This document shows positions 48,301 through 56,996 of a stretch of 64,000 bases of DNA, piece by piece. The translations under genes and the position numbers were made by a program. The DNA comes from Deltaproteobacteria bacterium (GTDB taxonomy: Bacteria; Desulfobacterota; Syntrophia; Syntrophales; Smithellaceae): the NCBI GenBank assembly GCA_036528635.1, contig JAIGNE010000061.1, positions 3,778 to 67,777 on the forward strand, in the 5' to 3' direction. Positions within the stretch are counted from its first letter, which is position 1, and every line of letters begins with the position of its first letter. The notes under the pieces are model-generated. The model made no database searches. It saw only the letters and a program-made list of their open reading frames with translations, and was not told where the DNA came from.

Positions 48301-51074
48301 CCGGCGCGCAAAATGGCATCCAGGCTGTAAAAAGCCTCGTACGGCAGGCAGACGATGGTAAATAAAATCTGCAGACCATGCCTTCTCGCCTGGCGCATCA
48401 TGGCGATCAGGTGATCGCCCAGCAAGACGTCTCCCGGTTTGTGAAACAGATCCAGAAGCAGGGCGCCCGCGGATGGAATGAGCATCATCCCCGCCAGAAA
48501 CAGCGTCCACAGCCAGGCGGGCGGAAACATCGTCCAACCGGCGATGAGCGTCAGGGTCAGGGCGGCGGGAACGAGACTGCGGCGCAGGTTATCGAAAATT
48601 TTCCACTGGGAAAGGCACGACAGGACATTCTTCTGGTATCCGCCGCCCAGAACAGGGACCCGGGATCTCAGCCAGCCGGCGATTTGCCAGTCTCCGCGAA
48701 TCCAGCGGCGCCTGCGGCTCACGTCCACCCGGTACTCGGCCGGATATTCTTCATACAATTCCACATCGGAAATAAGGCCGCTGCGCGCGTGGCAACCTTC
48801 GATCAGGTCATGGCTGAGGATCCGGTTTTCGGGAAGACGGCCGCCCAGCACCTTTTCAAATGCATCCACGTCATAGATGCCCTTGCCGACAAAAGACCCC
48901 TCGCCGAAGACATCCTGGTAAATGTCGGAAACCATGCGCGTGTATGGATCGATCCCCGTCTGGCCGCCCCACAATCGCGAATACCAGGTTTGCCGGACCC
49001 CGGACAGGCTTTCGGTCAGCCTGGGCTGAAGAATGCCGTGGCCGGCCGTAATGATTCTTCTGGCTTCGTCAAACTGGGGACGGTTCAGCGGATGGGCCAT
49101 CGTCCCGATGAATTTTTCCGCGGCATCGCGGGGCAGCTGGGTGTCCGTGTCCAGGGTAATGACATATTTCACGTTGGCTAATAATTCGGTGGCGCCGACA
49201 ATCCTGGAAAAGCAATCCTTCGCACCGCCCCGGAGGAGCGCATTCAATTCGGCCAGCTTGCCGCGCTTGCGCTCATAGCCCATCCAGATGCCTTCCTCCG
49301 GATTCCAGAGGCGCGGGCGGTGAAACAGGAAAAAGGTTCCCCCTTTGACGCCCCGGTATTTCTCGTGCAGGTCCTTGATCCCCTTCTCAGCCCTGCGCAA
49401 AAGCTCGTCGTCTTCCGGCATTTTTTCCGCAGGGGCGTCGCAAAAATCGGTGAGCAGACCGAAGTGCAGGTTATTTTCCCGATTCGTCAGAAAGCGGATT
49501 TCCAGCGCTTCGATCAGGTCTTCCACGTTTTGAACATTGTTGAGCATCGTGGGAATGATCACGAGCGTGCTCGACTCCGGTGGAATTTCGAGCGTAAAAT
49601 CCATGCGCGGCAGGGGTTGAGGATGGGTCATCAGAGTGGCCAGCCAATTGGTCAGCGCCACGCCCAGGTAGCTCGCGGAGAAAAACAGGACCAGCGCGGC
49701 AGGCAGCATCATCCAGCCGTAAACGCCTTCCGCCTGCATCCTGTAAAGCAGGTACCCCGCCGTAAGTGAAGTGATCAGGATAATGCTTCCCAGATAGAGC
49801 AGCAAAGGAACGCGGCCGAACACCCTTCGCGCGGACTCGTAAAAAGAAAGACGCATCTGTGTACTTTTTTCAAGCCGGGGCAGTCCCCGGTCAATCAGAT
49901 AGTAACCGACATGACTGCTCTGCTCGTCGCCGTCTTGATCGGCCAGAGCGGCCTGGGCCAGGTCAACAGCTTTCCGCGCGACATCCCTTTCGGACATCGG
50001 ACTGTTCTGGGCGATTTTTTCCACAACATGACGGTACCGGTCGCGCGTCACAAAATCCATTCGGCTGTAAACATCGCCGGGATCTTCGAGCAGTATTTTT
50101 TCAACCACGCTCATCGTCTCGACAAATTCACGCCAGTCCATGGTCGTCAGGAACCGGAGCGAATGAATACTGCTGCTGACGGACGCCTGATCGGCGGCCA
50201 GCTGACGGTTGCCCGACTGGATCATCTGCTCAATGGTCAAATGCGATTCGGAAAGCCGCTGTTCGATCCAGCCCAGAGGAAACGCCAGCGCCGGGCTTTT
50301 GCCGTGCAGGCGGCGGGCAAATTCCGCGACAAACGGGCTTAAAAGCGGCGGTTCGGACCGGGCCATGTCCGCAATGGCTAAAACCAGACTTTTAGGGTCC
50401 CGCCTGGCGACATCCACCATCTGGTCCGCCCAGTAGTTGGCGCGCGCCCGGTCGGCAATATCCGCCATGATTCGCGTTCCGATGCGCCGGAGATTTTCAA
50501 TCAAGGCCAGGCGCAGCATGATCGGAATGGCCCACAGCTCGCCCAGTTTCAAATGGGAAACCGACTGGTAGGCCGTCACAAAACTGACCAGATTTTCCAG
50601 ATCCACCCGGCCGTCGCCATGGGATATGATCTCCTGCGCGATATCATAAACCCTGGGCAGTCCGGCCGAAGGTCCAAGGGCGATCCGGGGCAGGCTCCGG
50701 CTGAAGCCGCGCGACAAATGGCGTTTGGCCGTGCGGACATTCTCCTCAATCAGATAAAAATTATCCAGCAGCCATTCCTCCGCCGGAGCGACCGGATTTC
50801 CCGCCTTGACCACGGCGGTCAATTGCCGGATCGTTTCCATCAGAACGTCATCATTCTCCTGAAGCCGCTCCAGGAGTTTCTCCGTCGTTTTCTTGCCGGT
50901 GAGCTGATGCAGACCGGCCAGATTTTTGCCATGCTGCTTCATCTGGTCGGAACTGAACAACTCCGATCGCAGGGGCAACTCATCGCGGGAGTACTTTTTG
51001 CGCAATATCGTTTTCGAAAACCGCTTCTTCAGAAGCAAAAAAGTATCGGCTGCTGCCTTGTATATCAGATTCAA
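42342..51074 (-). CDS. ndvB: Cyclic beta-1,2-glucan synthase (GT84 + GH94)
   Basis: ~2900 aa; EWLLDNFY, GELWAIPIMLRLAL, MGYERKRGKL, LSHDLIEG, RWIRGDWQ, YDLLASEAR, YQSGGAFGFRDQLQD, GDWNDGMN, GVRENGGQYTH; TTG start after AGGAG. Confidence 0.95.
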   Translation of the reverse strand: MNLIYKAAADTFLLLKKRFSKTILRKKYSRDELPLRSELFSSDQMKQHGKNLAGLHQLTGKKTTEKLLERLQENDDVLMETIRQLTAVVKAGNPVAPAEEWLLDNFYLIEENVRTAKRHLSRGFSRSLPRIALGPSAGLPRVYDIAQEIISHGDGRVDLENLVSFVTAYQSVSHLKLGELWAIPIMLRLALIENLRRIGTRIMADIADRARANYWADQMVDVARRDPKSLVLAIADMARSEPPLLSPFVAEFARRLHGKSPALAFPLGWIEQRLSESHLTIEQMIQSGNRQLAADQASVSSSIHSLRFLTTMDWREFVETMSVVEKILLEDPGDVYSRMDFVTRDRYRHVVEKIAQNSPMSERDVARKAVDLAQAALADQDGDEQSSHVGYYLIDRGLPRLEKSTQMRLSFYESARRVFGRVPLLLYLGSIILITSLTAGYLLYRMQAEGVYGWMMLPAALVLFFSASYLGVALTNWLATLMTHPQPLPRMDFTLEIPPESSTLVIIPTMLNNVQNVEDLIEALEIRFLTNRENNLHFGLLTDFCDAPAEKMPEDDELLRRAEKGIKDLHEKYRGVKGGTFFLFHRPRLWNPEEGIWMGYERKRGKLAELNALLRGGAKDCFSRIVGATELLANVKYVITLDTDTQLPRDAAEKFIGTMAHPLNRPQFDEARRIITAGHGILQPRLTESLSGVRQTWYSRLWGGQTGIDPYTRMVSDIYQDVFGEGSFVGKGIYDVDAFEKVLGGRLPENRILSHDLIEGCHARSGLISDVELYEEYPAEYRVDVSRRRRWIRGDWQIAGWLRSRVPVLGGGYQKNVLSCLSQWKIFDNLRRSLVPAALTLTLIAGWTMFPPAWLWTLFLAGMMLIPSAGALLLDLFHKPGDVLLGDHLIAMMRQARRHGLQILFTIVCLPYEAFYSLDAILRAGWRMLVTHKRLLEWNPSHNQSHRAANGLAESCRSMWTAPVLSVLTLSYLLMAERGALWAALPVLVLWFLSPFIVWRVSTPSVKEGITLEDEQIIFLEKAARRTWAFFETFVAAGDHWLPPDNYQENPGPVTAHRTSPTNMGLALLANLAACDFGYVTPGQFVRRTANAFDTMEKLDRHRGHFYNWYDTQSLKTLPPHYISTVDSGNLCGYLLTLKQGLIALSDRKISGERLWEGITGTYHVLQEVAGSVPKKELAQFKRHLEMPLSREHTTAGELWLRLDMLTQSASVLAAAIEAGPQSQSSGWAQSLARQCREATDELAALCPWATLPVPKASIARLLGEIGIPTLRETADLSARWISAVEEIIGPSAAAEEEAWSREFQKLVLQGSLLARERLSVVQTLIEKAEALADMDYSFLYDKGRQLLTIGYSVGDRRRDGSFYDLLASEARFCSFIAIAEGQLPQENWFALGRMLSNPGGDPVLLSWDGSMFEYLMPLLVMPNYENTLLDQTYKAMVKGQIAYGGKRGIPWGISESGYNIIDVHLNYQYRAFGVPGLGLKRGLSDDLVVAPYASALALMVAPEEACLNLRRLAAEGMMGAYGFYEALDYTESRLPAGQTSVAVRSFMAHHQGMSLLAMAHLLLNRPMQKRFESEPMFQSATLLLQERIPKAVSFYRQVADDTNIRKAAGPQKIPARIIDTPDTPVPQVQLLSNGRYHVMITNAGGGYSRWKNLAVTRWREDAIRDAWGTFCYIRDAATGEFWSNAYQPTLKKPDRYEAIFSESKVEFRRRDDDINTYTQIAVSPEDDIELRRIRITNRSRKRREFDLTSYAEVVIAEPMADALHPAFSNLFVQTEIIRDRRAILCTRRPRSKDEPTYWTFHIMALHGKDPAEVSYETDRLTFIGRGNTLSCPAAMNGPAGLVSALSGTEGSVLDPIVSIRRSIKLLPGESATVDMVSGIAETRAKALALIEKYNDNRLADRVFNLAWTHSQVMLRQINVTQADAHLYGRLAGSVIYANSFLRADPKIIVKNRRGQSGLWGYAISGDLPIVLLQIGDHANIELVRQLQQAHAYWRLKGLAVDLVIWNEDNAIYRQSLHDQIVGLIATSMENKAADRPGGIFVRPGDQISSEDRILFQAVARVIIRDDNGTLEEQLGRPRTPQIAVPRLKPVKNQNAKSRDEEAFAFPGLVSGNGLGGFSPDGREYVIVTRPGKKTPLPWVNVLANPHFGTIISESGCASTWSENAHEYRLTPWNNDPVTDPSGEAFYIRDEETGQVWSPTPLPAGGESPYISRHGFGYSVFEHTRDGIRSELWIYVSATAPVKFMVLKVMNESGRKRTLSVTGYLEWVLGDLRPKTMMQVSTEADAGSGAIFARNPYNTDFADRVAFFDVDDPSRTLTCDRGEFIGRNGEMARPAAMMRAQLSGQAGAGLDPCGALQVTFGLGDKQEQETIFRLGVTGRRGADDASKTVKSFRGPEVAQRELGAVQRYWAKTLGVIEIETPDPSLNILTNGWLLYQTLSSRLWARSGYYQSGGAFGFRDQLQDVMALVYAEPALVRRHLLLCAGRQFPEGDVQHWWHPPTGRGVRTQCSDDYLWLPLAASRYISSTGDADVLNESVGFLEGRQVRPDEDSYYDLPGVTDEKASLYEHCTRAIHRGLKFGVHGLPLMGSGDWNDGMNKVGDEGRGESVWMAFFMYDVLVKFAPIARLKDDGPFADLCEKEAAQLQRNVEQSGWDGGWYLRAYDDEGALLGSCSGTECRIDSLAQSWSVLSGAGDPARVRLAMDAVDKMLVHRDTKLVQLLDPPFDKSEIEPGYIKGYVPGVRENGGQYTHAAIWTAMAFARLGDRERAWDVLNIVNPIRHAGSPEEAEIYKVEPYVVAADIYALAPHVGRGGWTWFTGSAAWMYRLIVESLMGLTQKDGKLSFSPCLPASWKEMKMHYRFGETLYHITIRQTADEAPALIQDGRVMPDQAVPLVDDRREHTIEVALPGVSG

Positions 51075-51189
51075 TGCTGATCTCCTTGTCGCCCAATCCC
51101 TGTGGCTGTTCTGTGTCATTTCGAAGGGGTGAAGCGATTGAGCAATCTTTAAAACCGTTGAAAAGATTTCTCCCCGGGTCGAAACGAGC

Positions 51190-51378
51190 CGTGCCACCCG
51201 TCAGGGTGGTGACCTGACCACCTAAAGGTGGCACGAAGGTTATGACAAAATGCTGACGGATGCAGGTGCCAGTGTGGTGCGTCTAACACTTCTTAACATA
51301 AGTTTAGTGCGCCGTTTCCGTCATTGCTGCAAATCCGCTCGTTTTAGAACAAGAGGTCTCGCCACCCTTTAGTGGTGG
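51190..51378. repeat. Three GCCACC-loop-GGTGG hairpin units (REP/IS200-605-end-like)
   Basis: CCACCC-GTCA-GGGTGG (51194-51209), CCACCT-AA-AGGTGG (51218-51231), GCCACCCTTTAGTGGTGG (51361-51378). Confidence 0.55.
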
Positions 51379-51428
51379 TTGCACCCCCTTGTTCTGTTGT
51401 AACGCGTCCTGAATCTGTGCAAAGAGAT

Positions 51429-52541
51429 TTACGACGCACTACACTGGATAATGGAGCGTTTGCCGTTATACCGCTCGGTATCGTAATGTTTATCCACGGC
51501 GATGAGCTTGAGGCGGTCGGTAACATCTTTCATGGATACCGACGTGATCTCACCATGCCGGTAACTGACCATCCGCCCGAAATCCTCATTGACGATCATA
51601 TCCACGGCCGCGATTCCGAACCAGCGCGCCATCAGGCGGTCCCGGGCCGACGGCGCCCCTCCGCGCTGCAGGTGGCTCAGGATGACATAGCGGGTTTCCA
51701 ATCCCGTTTTCTCCTCGATTTCCCCTGCGATATAAGCGGCAATGCCGCCCAGCGACCGGTGCCCGAATTCGTCCAATTTATTGTTCTTGCAGAATTCCTG
51801 ATGGCGGATCATCGTCGCGCCCTCGGAGACGACGATGATGCTGTATTGAACCTCCCGGCCGCGGCGTTCCTCGAGAAGGGCGCAAACGCGTTCCATATCA
51901 AAAGGGTGCTCGGGAATCAGAATAATGTAAGCGCCGCTGCATTCGCCGCCGTGCAGGGCGAGCCAGCCCGCATGCCGGCCCATGGTCTCCACGACGAAGA
52001 TCCGGTTATGGGACCCGGCGGTCGTCCGGAGGCGGTCAATCTCTTCCATGATGATATTCACCGCCGAATCGAAGCCCAGCGAATAATCCGTGCCCACGAG
52101 ATCGCCGTCAATGGTCTTGGGAATACCGATCGTCTTGATGCCCAGGTGGTGGAACTTCGCGGCCACGCCGAGGGTATCCTCGCCGCCGATGGCCACGATA
52201 ACGTCGATGCCGAGCCTGGTGATGTTCTCCATCACTTTTGCGGAGGTGTCCTTGCCGGGATTAAAAGGGTTGGTCCGGGACGTTCCGAGGTTCGTTCCGC
52301 CATGGCGGTCCCACGTGCGGACAATCTCCTCGTCCAGCTTCAGGGTGTGACGGGCCAGACTCTCCGGGCTCTCCGGATCGACTTCCACAAGGCCCTTCCA
52401 CCCGTCTTTGATGCCGATGACGTCGAACGCGACGGACCGCTTCTCTCCGAGAAAAGGATCAAGAGCCGTTTTGGTCACCCATTTGATCGCGCCGTTTAGG
52501 CCCGGACAATCGCCACCACCAGTTAAAACAGCGATTCTCAT
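51429..52541 (-). CDS. pfkA: 6-phosphofructokinase (group III, probably PPi-dependent)
   Basis: LTGGGDCPGLN, GGTNLGTSRTNP, IGGEDT, PKTIDGD, ETMGRHAGW, LSHLQRGG. Confidence 0.9.
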   Translation of the reverse strand: MRIAVLTGGGDCPGLNGAIKWVTKTALDPFLGEKRSVAFDVIGIKDGWKGLVEVDPESPESLARHTLKLDEEIVRTWDRHGGTNLGTSRTNPFNPGKDTSAKVMENITRLGIDVIVAIGGEDTLGVAAKFHHLGIKTIGIPKTIDGDLVGTDYSLGFDSAVNIIMEEIDRLRTTAGSHNRIFVVETMGRHAGWLALHGGECSGAYIILIPEHPFDMERVCALLEERRGREVQYSIIVVSEGATMIRHQEFCKNNKLDEFGHRSLGGIAAYIAGEIEEKTGLETRYVILSHLQRGGAPSARDRLMARWFGIAAVDMIVNEDFGRMVSYRHGEITSVSMKDVTDRLKLIAVDKHYDTERYNGKRSIIQCSAS

Positions 52542-52778
52542 AGATATTTTCCTCAAAGGTTGATTGTAAATGCTTCATTACAGTTAATGGCAATGGCCAG
52601 CAACATGTCTTCTGGATCAATCGGCGGAAAGGCAGTTGGATATTGGAAAACTGGAGAACCGGTTTTTCAGGATGCTACGATCGAATATTTTTTCCGTTTG
52701 CAGTCTGAATTTCCCGTGGTGCCGCAAGATGTCTATCAGCGTTGGCAATAATATTGCATATTACTTAATTTTTATCAA

Positions 52779-54263
52779 CTATTTCAGTTCATGCACTTTT
52801 TGGATGAACTTTTTTGAGCAATCGGGACACATCCCTGAAGTGAATTCAGCGCCGGAGCGATCGCTGATATAATTTTCCAGGTGCTCCCAGTAGCCTTCGT
52901 CATTGCGTATTTTCTTGCAGTAAGAACAAATGGGGAGCATGCCGCTCAGAACCTTGATTTCGGACAGGGCCTTCTGCCGTTCGGCAATTAATCTTTCCCG
53001 TTCCTCGGTGGCTTTTTTGCGTTCGGTGATGTCCCGCGTTATTCCCTGAAAACCAACAAATTTATTATCCTTATCGCGCAGGGCGCTGAAAATACTTTCC
53101 GTCCAGACCGTCGAACCATCCTTGCAGGTTTCCTCCAGTTCCAGCGTACACACTCTATGCGGGTCATGGGATCCCCTGGCTTCAACCCCCATCCCGGCAA
53201 GGGCTGCCCTGGCCATTTCCAGGGACGCGGGAGTCAAAATATCTTCAAGGGACTGCGCCATGGCTTCTTCCAGCGTGTATCCGCGCAGCCGTGTCACCGA
53301 GGGGCTCAAATAAGTTGTCCGCAGATTTTCATCCAGGGTGAAAATGACATCGGCAAGGGATTCAGTCAACAGGCGGTACTTCTCTTCTGATTTGCGGAGT
53401 GCCTCCTCCGTCCTTTTACGGTCGCTGATGTCGCGGGTCACCGCCAATACGCCGGCAAATCCATCTTCCTCATTGCGGATCGGCTTGAAGATCGTTTCCG
53501 TCCAGACCGTCGATCCATCCTTGCAGGTTGCCTCCAGATGAAGGGTGAGAATTCTGTCGGGGTCAAGCAATCCATCGGCTTCCAGCCTCATTTCCTCCGC
53601 AAAGCTGTTCAGGGCGGTTTCCAGGGATGCCGGGGTTAAAATATCTTCAATGGACTGCGCCATGGCTTCTTCCACTGAATATCCGCGAAGCCTGGTAACC
53701 GCTTGGTTTATATAAGTTATCCGTAGATTTTCATCCGTGGTAAAAATGACATCCGAAAGGGTTTCGGTCAACAGACGGTATTTCTCCTGGGATTTGCGGA
53801 GTTCCTCCTCCGCCTGCTTACGGTCGGTGATGTCAAACACGGAAAGGACTCCGGCGGGTCGTCCGCCGATGATGGTGGAAGCACCCGCCAGGTCTACCCA
53901 TTTTTCCCCGCCGCCTTTCGTGATGATTTTGAATTCGTAACGATTGACTGTTTCCTCACCCCGCTGGCGCCTCCGGCCCCGCTCCTGGATGAGTGTCCGA
54001 TAATCGGGATGAACGATATCCCAGAAATTCATACCGAGAAATTCCGCAGCGCCGTAGCCGGTGATCATTTCGGCCGCGGGGTTGGAATAAATCCAGCGGT
54101 TATCCTGGTAAAGCAACACCGCCGTGGGCGTCGATTCGGCAAGAACCCGGAACGTCTCCTCGCTTTCCTGAAGCGCCGCCTGGAGACGCCCCGCTTCGGC
54201 AACCGCTTCTTCCAGAACTCTGATTCTGTTTTCCATTGCCTCATGCGCATGTTTTTCGGTCAT
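52779..54263 (-). CDS. Multi-PAS protein with C-terminal CxxC...CxxC tail
   Basis: Three PAS/PAC repeats; ends in LSGMLPICSYCKKIRNDEGYW...TSGMCPDC; no kinase or cyclase domain. Confidence 0.85.
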   Translation of the reverse strand: MTEKHAHEAMENRIRVLEEAVAEAGRLQAALQESEETFRVLAESTPTAVLLYQDNRWIYSNPAAEMITGYGAAEFLGMNFWDIVHPDYRTLIQERGRRRQRGEETVNRYEFKIITKGGGEKWVDLAGASTIIGGRPAGVLSVFDITDRKQAEEELRKSQEKYRLLTETLSDVIFTTDENLRITYINQAVTRLRGYSVEEAMAQSIEDILTPASLETALNSFAEEMRLEADGLLDPDRILTLHLEATCKDGSTVWTETIFKPIRNEEDGFAGVLAVTRDISDRKRTEEALRKSEEKYRLLTESLADVIFTLDENLRTTYLSPSVTRLRGYTLEEAMAQSLEDILTPASLEMARAALAGMGVEARGSHDPHRVCTLELEETCKDGSTVWTESIFSALRDKDNKFVGFQGITRDITERKKATEERERLIAERQKALSEIKVLSGMLPICSYCKKIRNDEGYWEHLENYISDRSGAEFTSGMCPDCSKKFIQKVHELK

Positions 54264-54505
54264 ATGCAGGGAACCTCAAACCTTTCGGGAAAAGCGCCGG
54301 CAAGAGATCTTGCAGTCATATCCGTTAACGACATCGCACGCTGTTATGGGTGATGGAATACTGTTTTGACGCTTGCAGTATAAGAAGGATCGCCGGACAA
54401 GTCAATATGGTAATTATTACCGGCTCGTCTTGCCGCCGTTCCCCGCGCTTGACCACCCTGTCTTTCGGTGATATTGGGGTCGTCACTTTTATTGTGGGGA
54501 TCACC

Positions 54506-56329
54506 TTGAAAAAAAGCACGCAGGAATCTTTCCTGGGCGGCATTGTCCGCTCCATGGGAATTGTGTTTGGCGACATCGGCACAAGCCCCATCTACACCTT
54601 AACGGTCGTATTTACCCTGACTCCGAGAACCCAGGACAGCGTGATGGGGATTCTTTCCCTCGTGGTCTGGACCATGATGATTCTCGTGACCGCCGAATAC
54701 GCCTGGCTGGCCATGAGCCTTTCCTACAAGGGGCAGGGCGGAGAAATCATGCTCAGGGAAATCCTGACCCGAACGCTCAAACCCGGACGCAGACTCGCCT
54801 TCGCCGGATTTCTGACTTTTATCGGCGTCTCGCTTTTATTGGGCGACGGCGTCATCACGCCTGCCATTTCCATTATGTCCGCCGTGGAAGGCATCCTGCT
54901 CGTCCCCGGCCTGGGAAATCTCCAGCTGGAAATCCTGGTCCTGATCGCCATAACGATTACCGTCGTGCTTTTTGCCGTGCAATCCCGGGGCACGGATAAA
55001 GTCGCCGGCATTTTCGGACCGGTCATGCTGGTCTGGTTTGTCTGCCTGGCCGTAACCGGACTGGCATCTCTCATCAGCATGCCGGGAATCCTGAAAGCCG
55101 TTAATCCCTACTATGCGTTCCACTTTCTCTCGGAAAACGGGTTGGCGGGATTTTTCGTCCTCTCCGAGGTCATTTTGTGCGCCACGGGCGGCGAGGCCCT
55201 GTATGCCAACATGGGTCACCTGGGCAAGAAACCGATTCTGCATGCTTTGTATTTCGTCTTTGCCGCACTCCTGCTCAATTACATGGGACAGGGCGTCTTT
55301 GCCATCGCGCATCCGGACGTCAAGTACCTGCTCTTCGGCATGGTCCGGCACCAGGCGCCCTATCTTTACATTCCCTTTCTCCTGCTTACGGTCGCGGCGA
55401 CGATTATCGCGTCACAGGCGATCATCAGCGGAACTTTTTCCATTGTTTACCAGGGCATTACCACGCGGCTCATGCCGCTCATGAAAGTGGCCTATACCTC
55501 GAGCCAGATCAAATCCCAGATCTATATTCCGGTCGTCAACGGGACGCTGATGTGCGCGGTCATTTTTATGATTTTGATCTTTCAAAAATCGGAAAATCTG
55601 GCCGCGGCCTACGGCATGGCCGTGACCGGATCGATGACGATCACCGGCCTGATGATCATCCTGGTGTTTTCTCAGATCAAAAAGTGGAAATGGAAACTGC
55701 CCTTCGCCTTTGTGGTGACCGCGATTGCCTTTACTTTTTTTATTGCCACCTGGAGCAAATTGCCCCACGGCGCTTACTGGTCGCTCGTCCTGGCCGCCAT
55801 CCCGCTGGGCCTGATGCTCATCTGGACCAAAGGGCAGGACCGCCTGTACCGATCACTCAAGCCGCTGGATTTTGAAACCTTTCGCATCAGTTATGAGCAG
55901 ATTTACGCCAAGGGAAGGAACATCGCCGGCACCGCCTTGTATTTCTGCCGGGGCTACAAGATGATCTCTCCTTATATCGTCCACAGCATATTCCGCAGCA
56001 ACATCATCTATGAGCGGAACATCCTGATCTCCATCAACCGGACCGATGAGCCTTACGGTGTCAAGATCTGCCTGAAACAGGACCTGGCGCCGGGTCTGGA
56101 AGCCCTCGAAGTGTGCGCCGGCTACCGGGAAATATTCGATCTGGAGGCCCTGATCAAGGAGCAGGGAATAGAGGAAAAAGTCATCTTCTACGGGGTGGAA
56201 GATATCGTTACGCGCAATCCCGTTTGGCGCATCTTCAGTCTGGTCAAGCGGCTCACGCCGAACTTCGTCCAGTTCAGCAAGCTGCCCCCCAGCCGATTGC
56301 AGGGGATCGTCACCCGGGTGGAAATGTAA
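54506..56329 (+). CDS. kup: KUP/HAK/KT potassium transporter
   Basis: GIVFGDIGTSPIYT, GDGVITPAISIMSAVEG, ATGGEALYANMGH, SQAIISG, QIYIP, AAAYGMAVTG. Confidence 0.93.
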   Translation: MKKSTQESFLGGIVRSMGIVFGDIGTSPIYTLTVVFTLTPRTQDSVMGILSLVVWTMMILVTAEYAWLAMSLSYKGQGGEIMLREILTRTLKPGRRLAFAGFLTFIGVSLLLGDGVITPAISIMSAVEGILLVPGLGNLQLEILVLIAITITVVLFAVQSRGTDKVAGIFGPVMLVWFVCLAVTGLASLISMPGILKAVNPYYAFHFLSENGLAGFFVLSEVILCATGGEALYANMGHLGKKPILHALYFVFAALLLNYMGQGVFAIAHPDVKYLLFGMVRHQAPYLYIPFLLLTVAATIIASQAIISGTFSIVYQGITTRLMPLMKVAYTSSQIKSQIYIPVVNGTLMCAVIFMILIFQKSENLAAAYGMAVTGSMTITGLMIILVFSQIKKWKWKLPFAFVVTAIAFTFFIATWSKLPHGAYWSLVLAAIPLGLMLIWTKGQDRLYRSLKPLDFETFRISYEQIYAKGRNIAGTALYFCRGYKMISPYIVHSIFRSNIIYERNILISINRTDEPYGVKICLKQDLAPGLEALEVCAGYREIFDLEALIKEQGIEEKVIFYGVEDIVTRNPVWRIFSLVKRLTPNFVQFSKLPPSRLQGIVTRVEM

Positions 56330-56394
56330 CCACGTCATTTATTGATGGGCCGGCCGGATTCCTTTTCCTGGTGCCTCCGGAAAAATACAGCCGC

Positions 56395-56429
56395 AAAAAA
56401 ACCGGCCTTCGATGTACCAGCCGGTTCTT
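56395..56429. terminator. Bidirectional terminator between kup and the rsbW-like gene
   Basis: AAAAAA-ACCGGC...GCCGGT-TCTT hairpin between convergent genes. Confidence 0.5.
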
Positions 56430-56563
56430 CATATCCAATTATTTTTTAATCGCGCTTCCGCAGGACGAGTGTTCATTCTCCGCAACCTGCTGCGAGACTT
56501 TTGTTTAACGGCGTCGGGCTTGCGCCGGAAAATCCATTCCGGAAGATTTCTGTTTCAGCACGG

Positions 56564-56974
56564 TTACCGATTGGAAAAAGACATGGTTAAAATATTGCTG
56601 TCGCCTTCCCGCCGGTAGGATACATGATCGGTCATCTTGCGGATGAAAAACACGCCCATGCCGCCGATCTTGCGCGTCGTAACATCGGATTGCACATCCG
56701 GGTCGGCAATGGAGAGCGGATCGAAAGGAAGACCTTTATCATGGATTTCAATCGTCAGCATCGGATTATCCGAACCCAGGCTCCGCACTTCGACCTGACC
56801 CTCGTTCCGGGGGGCATAGCCGTGCACAAACACGTTGACCAGCGCTTCTTCCGCGACCAGTTCAATGCGGTTCAGCGTATCGTCGGATAGTCCTCTTTGT
56901 TTCCCCTCATTCCGGATGAAAGTCAGCAGTTCATGCAGACTTTCCACCCGGGCGGGCATTTTTTTAATCAGCAT
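56564..56974 (-). CDS. Anti-sigma factor / Ser kinase (RsbW-like HATPase)
   Basis: EEALVNVFVHGY, DKGLPFDP, IGGMGVFFIRKMTD. Confidence 0.88.
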   Translation of the reverse strand: MLIKKMPARVESLHELLTFIRNEGKQRGLSDDTLNRIELVAEEALVNVFVHGYAPRNEGQVEVRSLGSDNPMLTIEIHDKGLPFDPLSIADPDVQSDVTTRKIGGMGVFFIRKMTDHVSYRREGDSNILTMSFSNR

Positions 56975-56996
56975 ATCGAATTCTGACGGCCGAACG

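Noticed and set aside
51225-51275. TGGCAC hexamers suggesting a sigma54 promoter for cgs
   Set aside because: No correctly spaced TTGC -12 element, and most of the hexamers are part of the hairpin repeats.
51372-52499. 375-aa + strand ORF (similar cases: 15727-16881, 17395-18564, 24110-25153, 34395-35660, 61112-62320)
   Set aside because: All lie antisense to well-supported genes and lack family motifs.
54270-54505. Possible c-di-AMP (ydaO) riboswitch upstream of kup
   Set aside because: I could not find the conserved ydaO motifs in this spacer.
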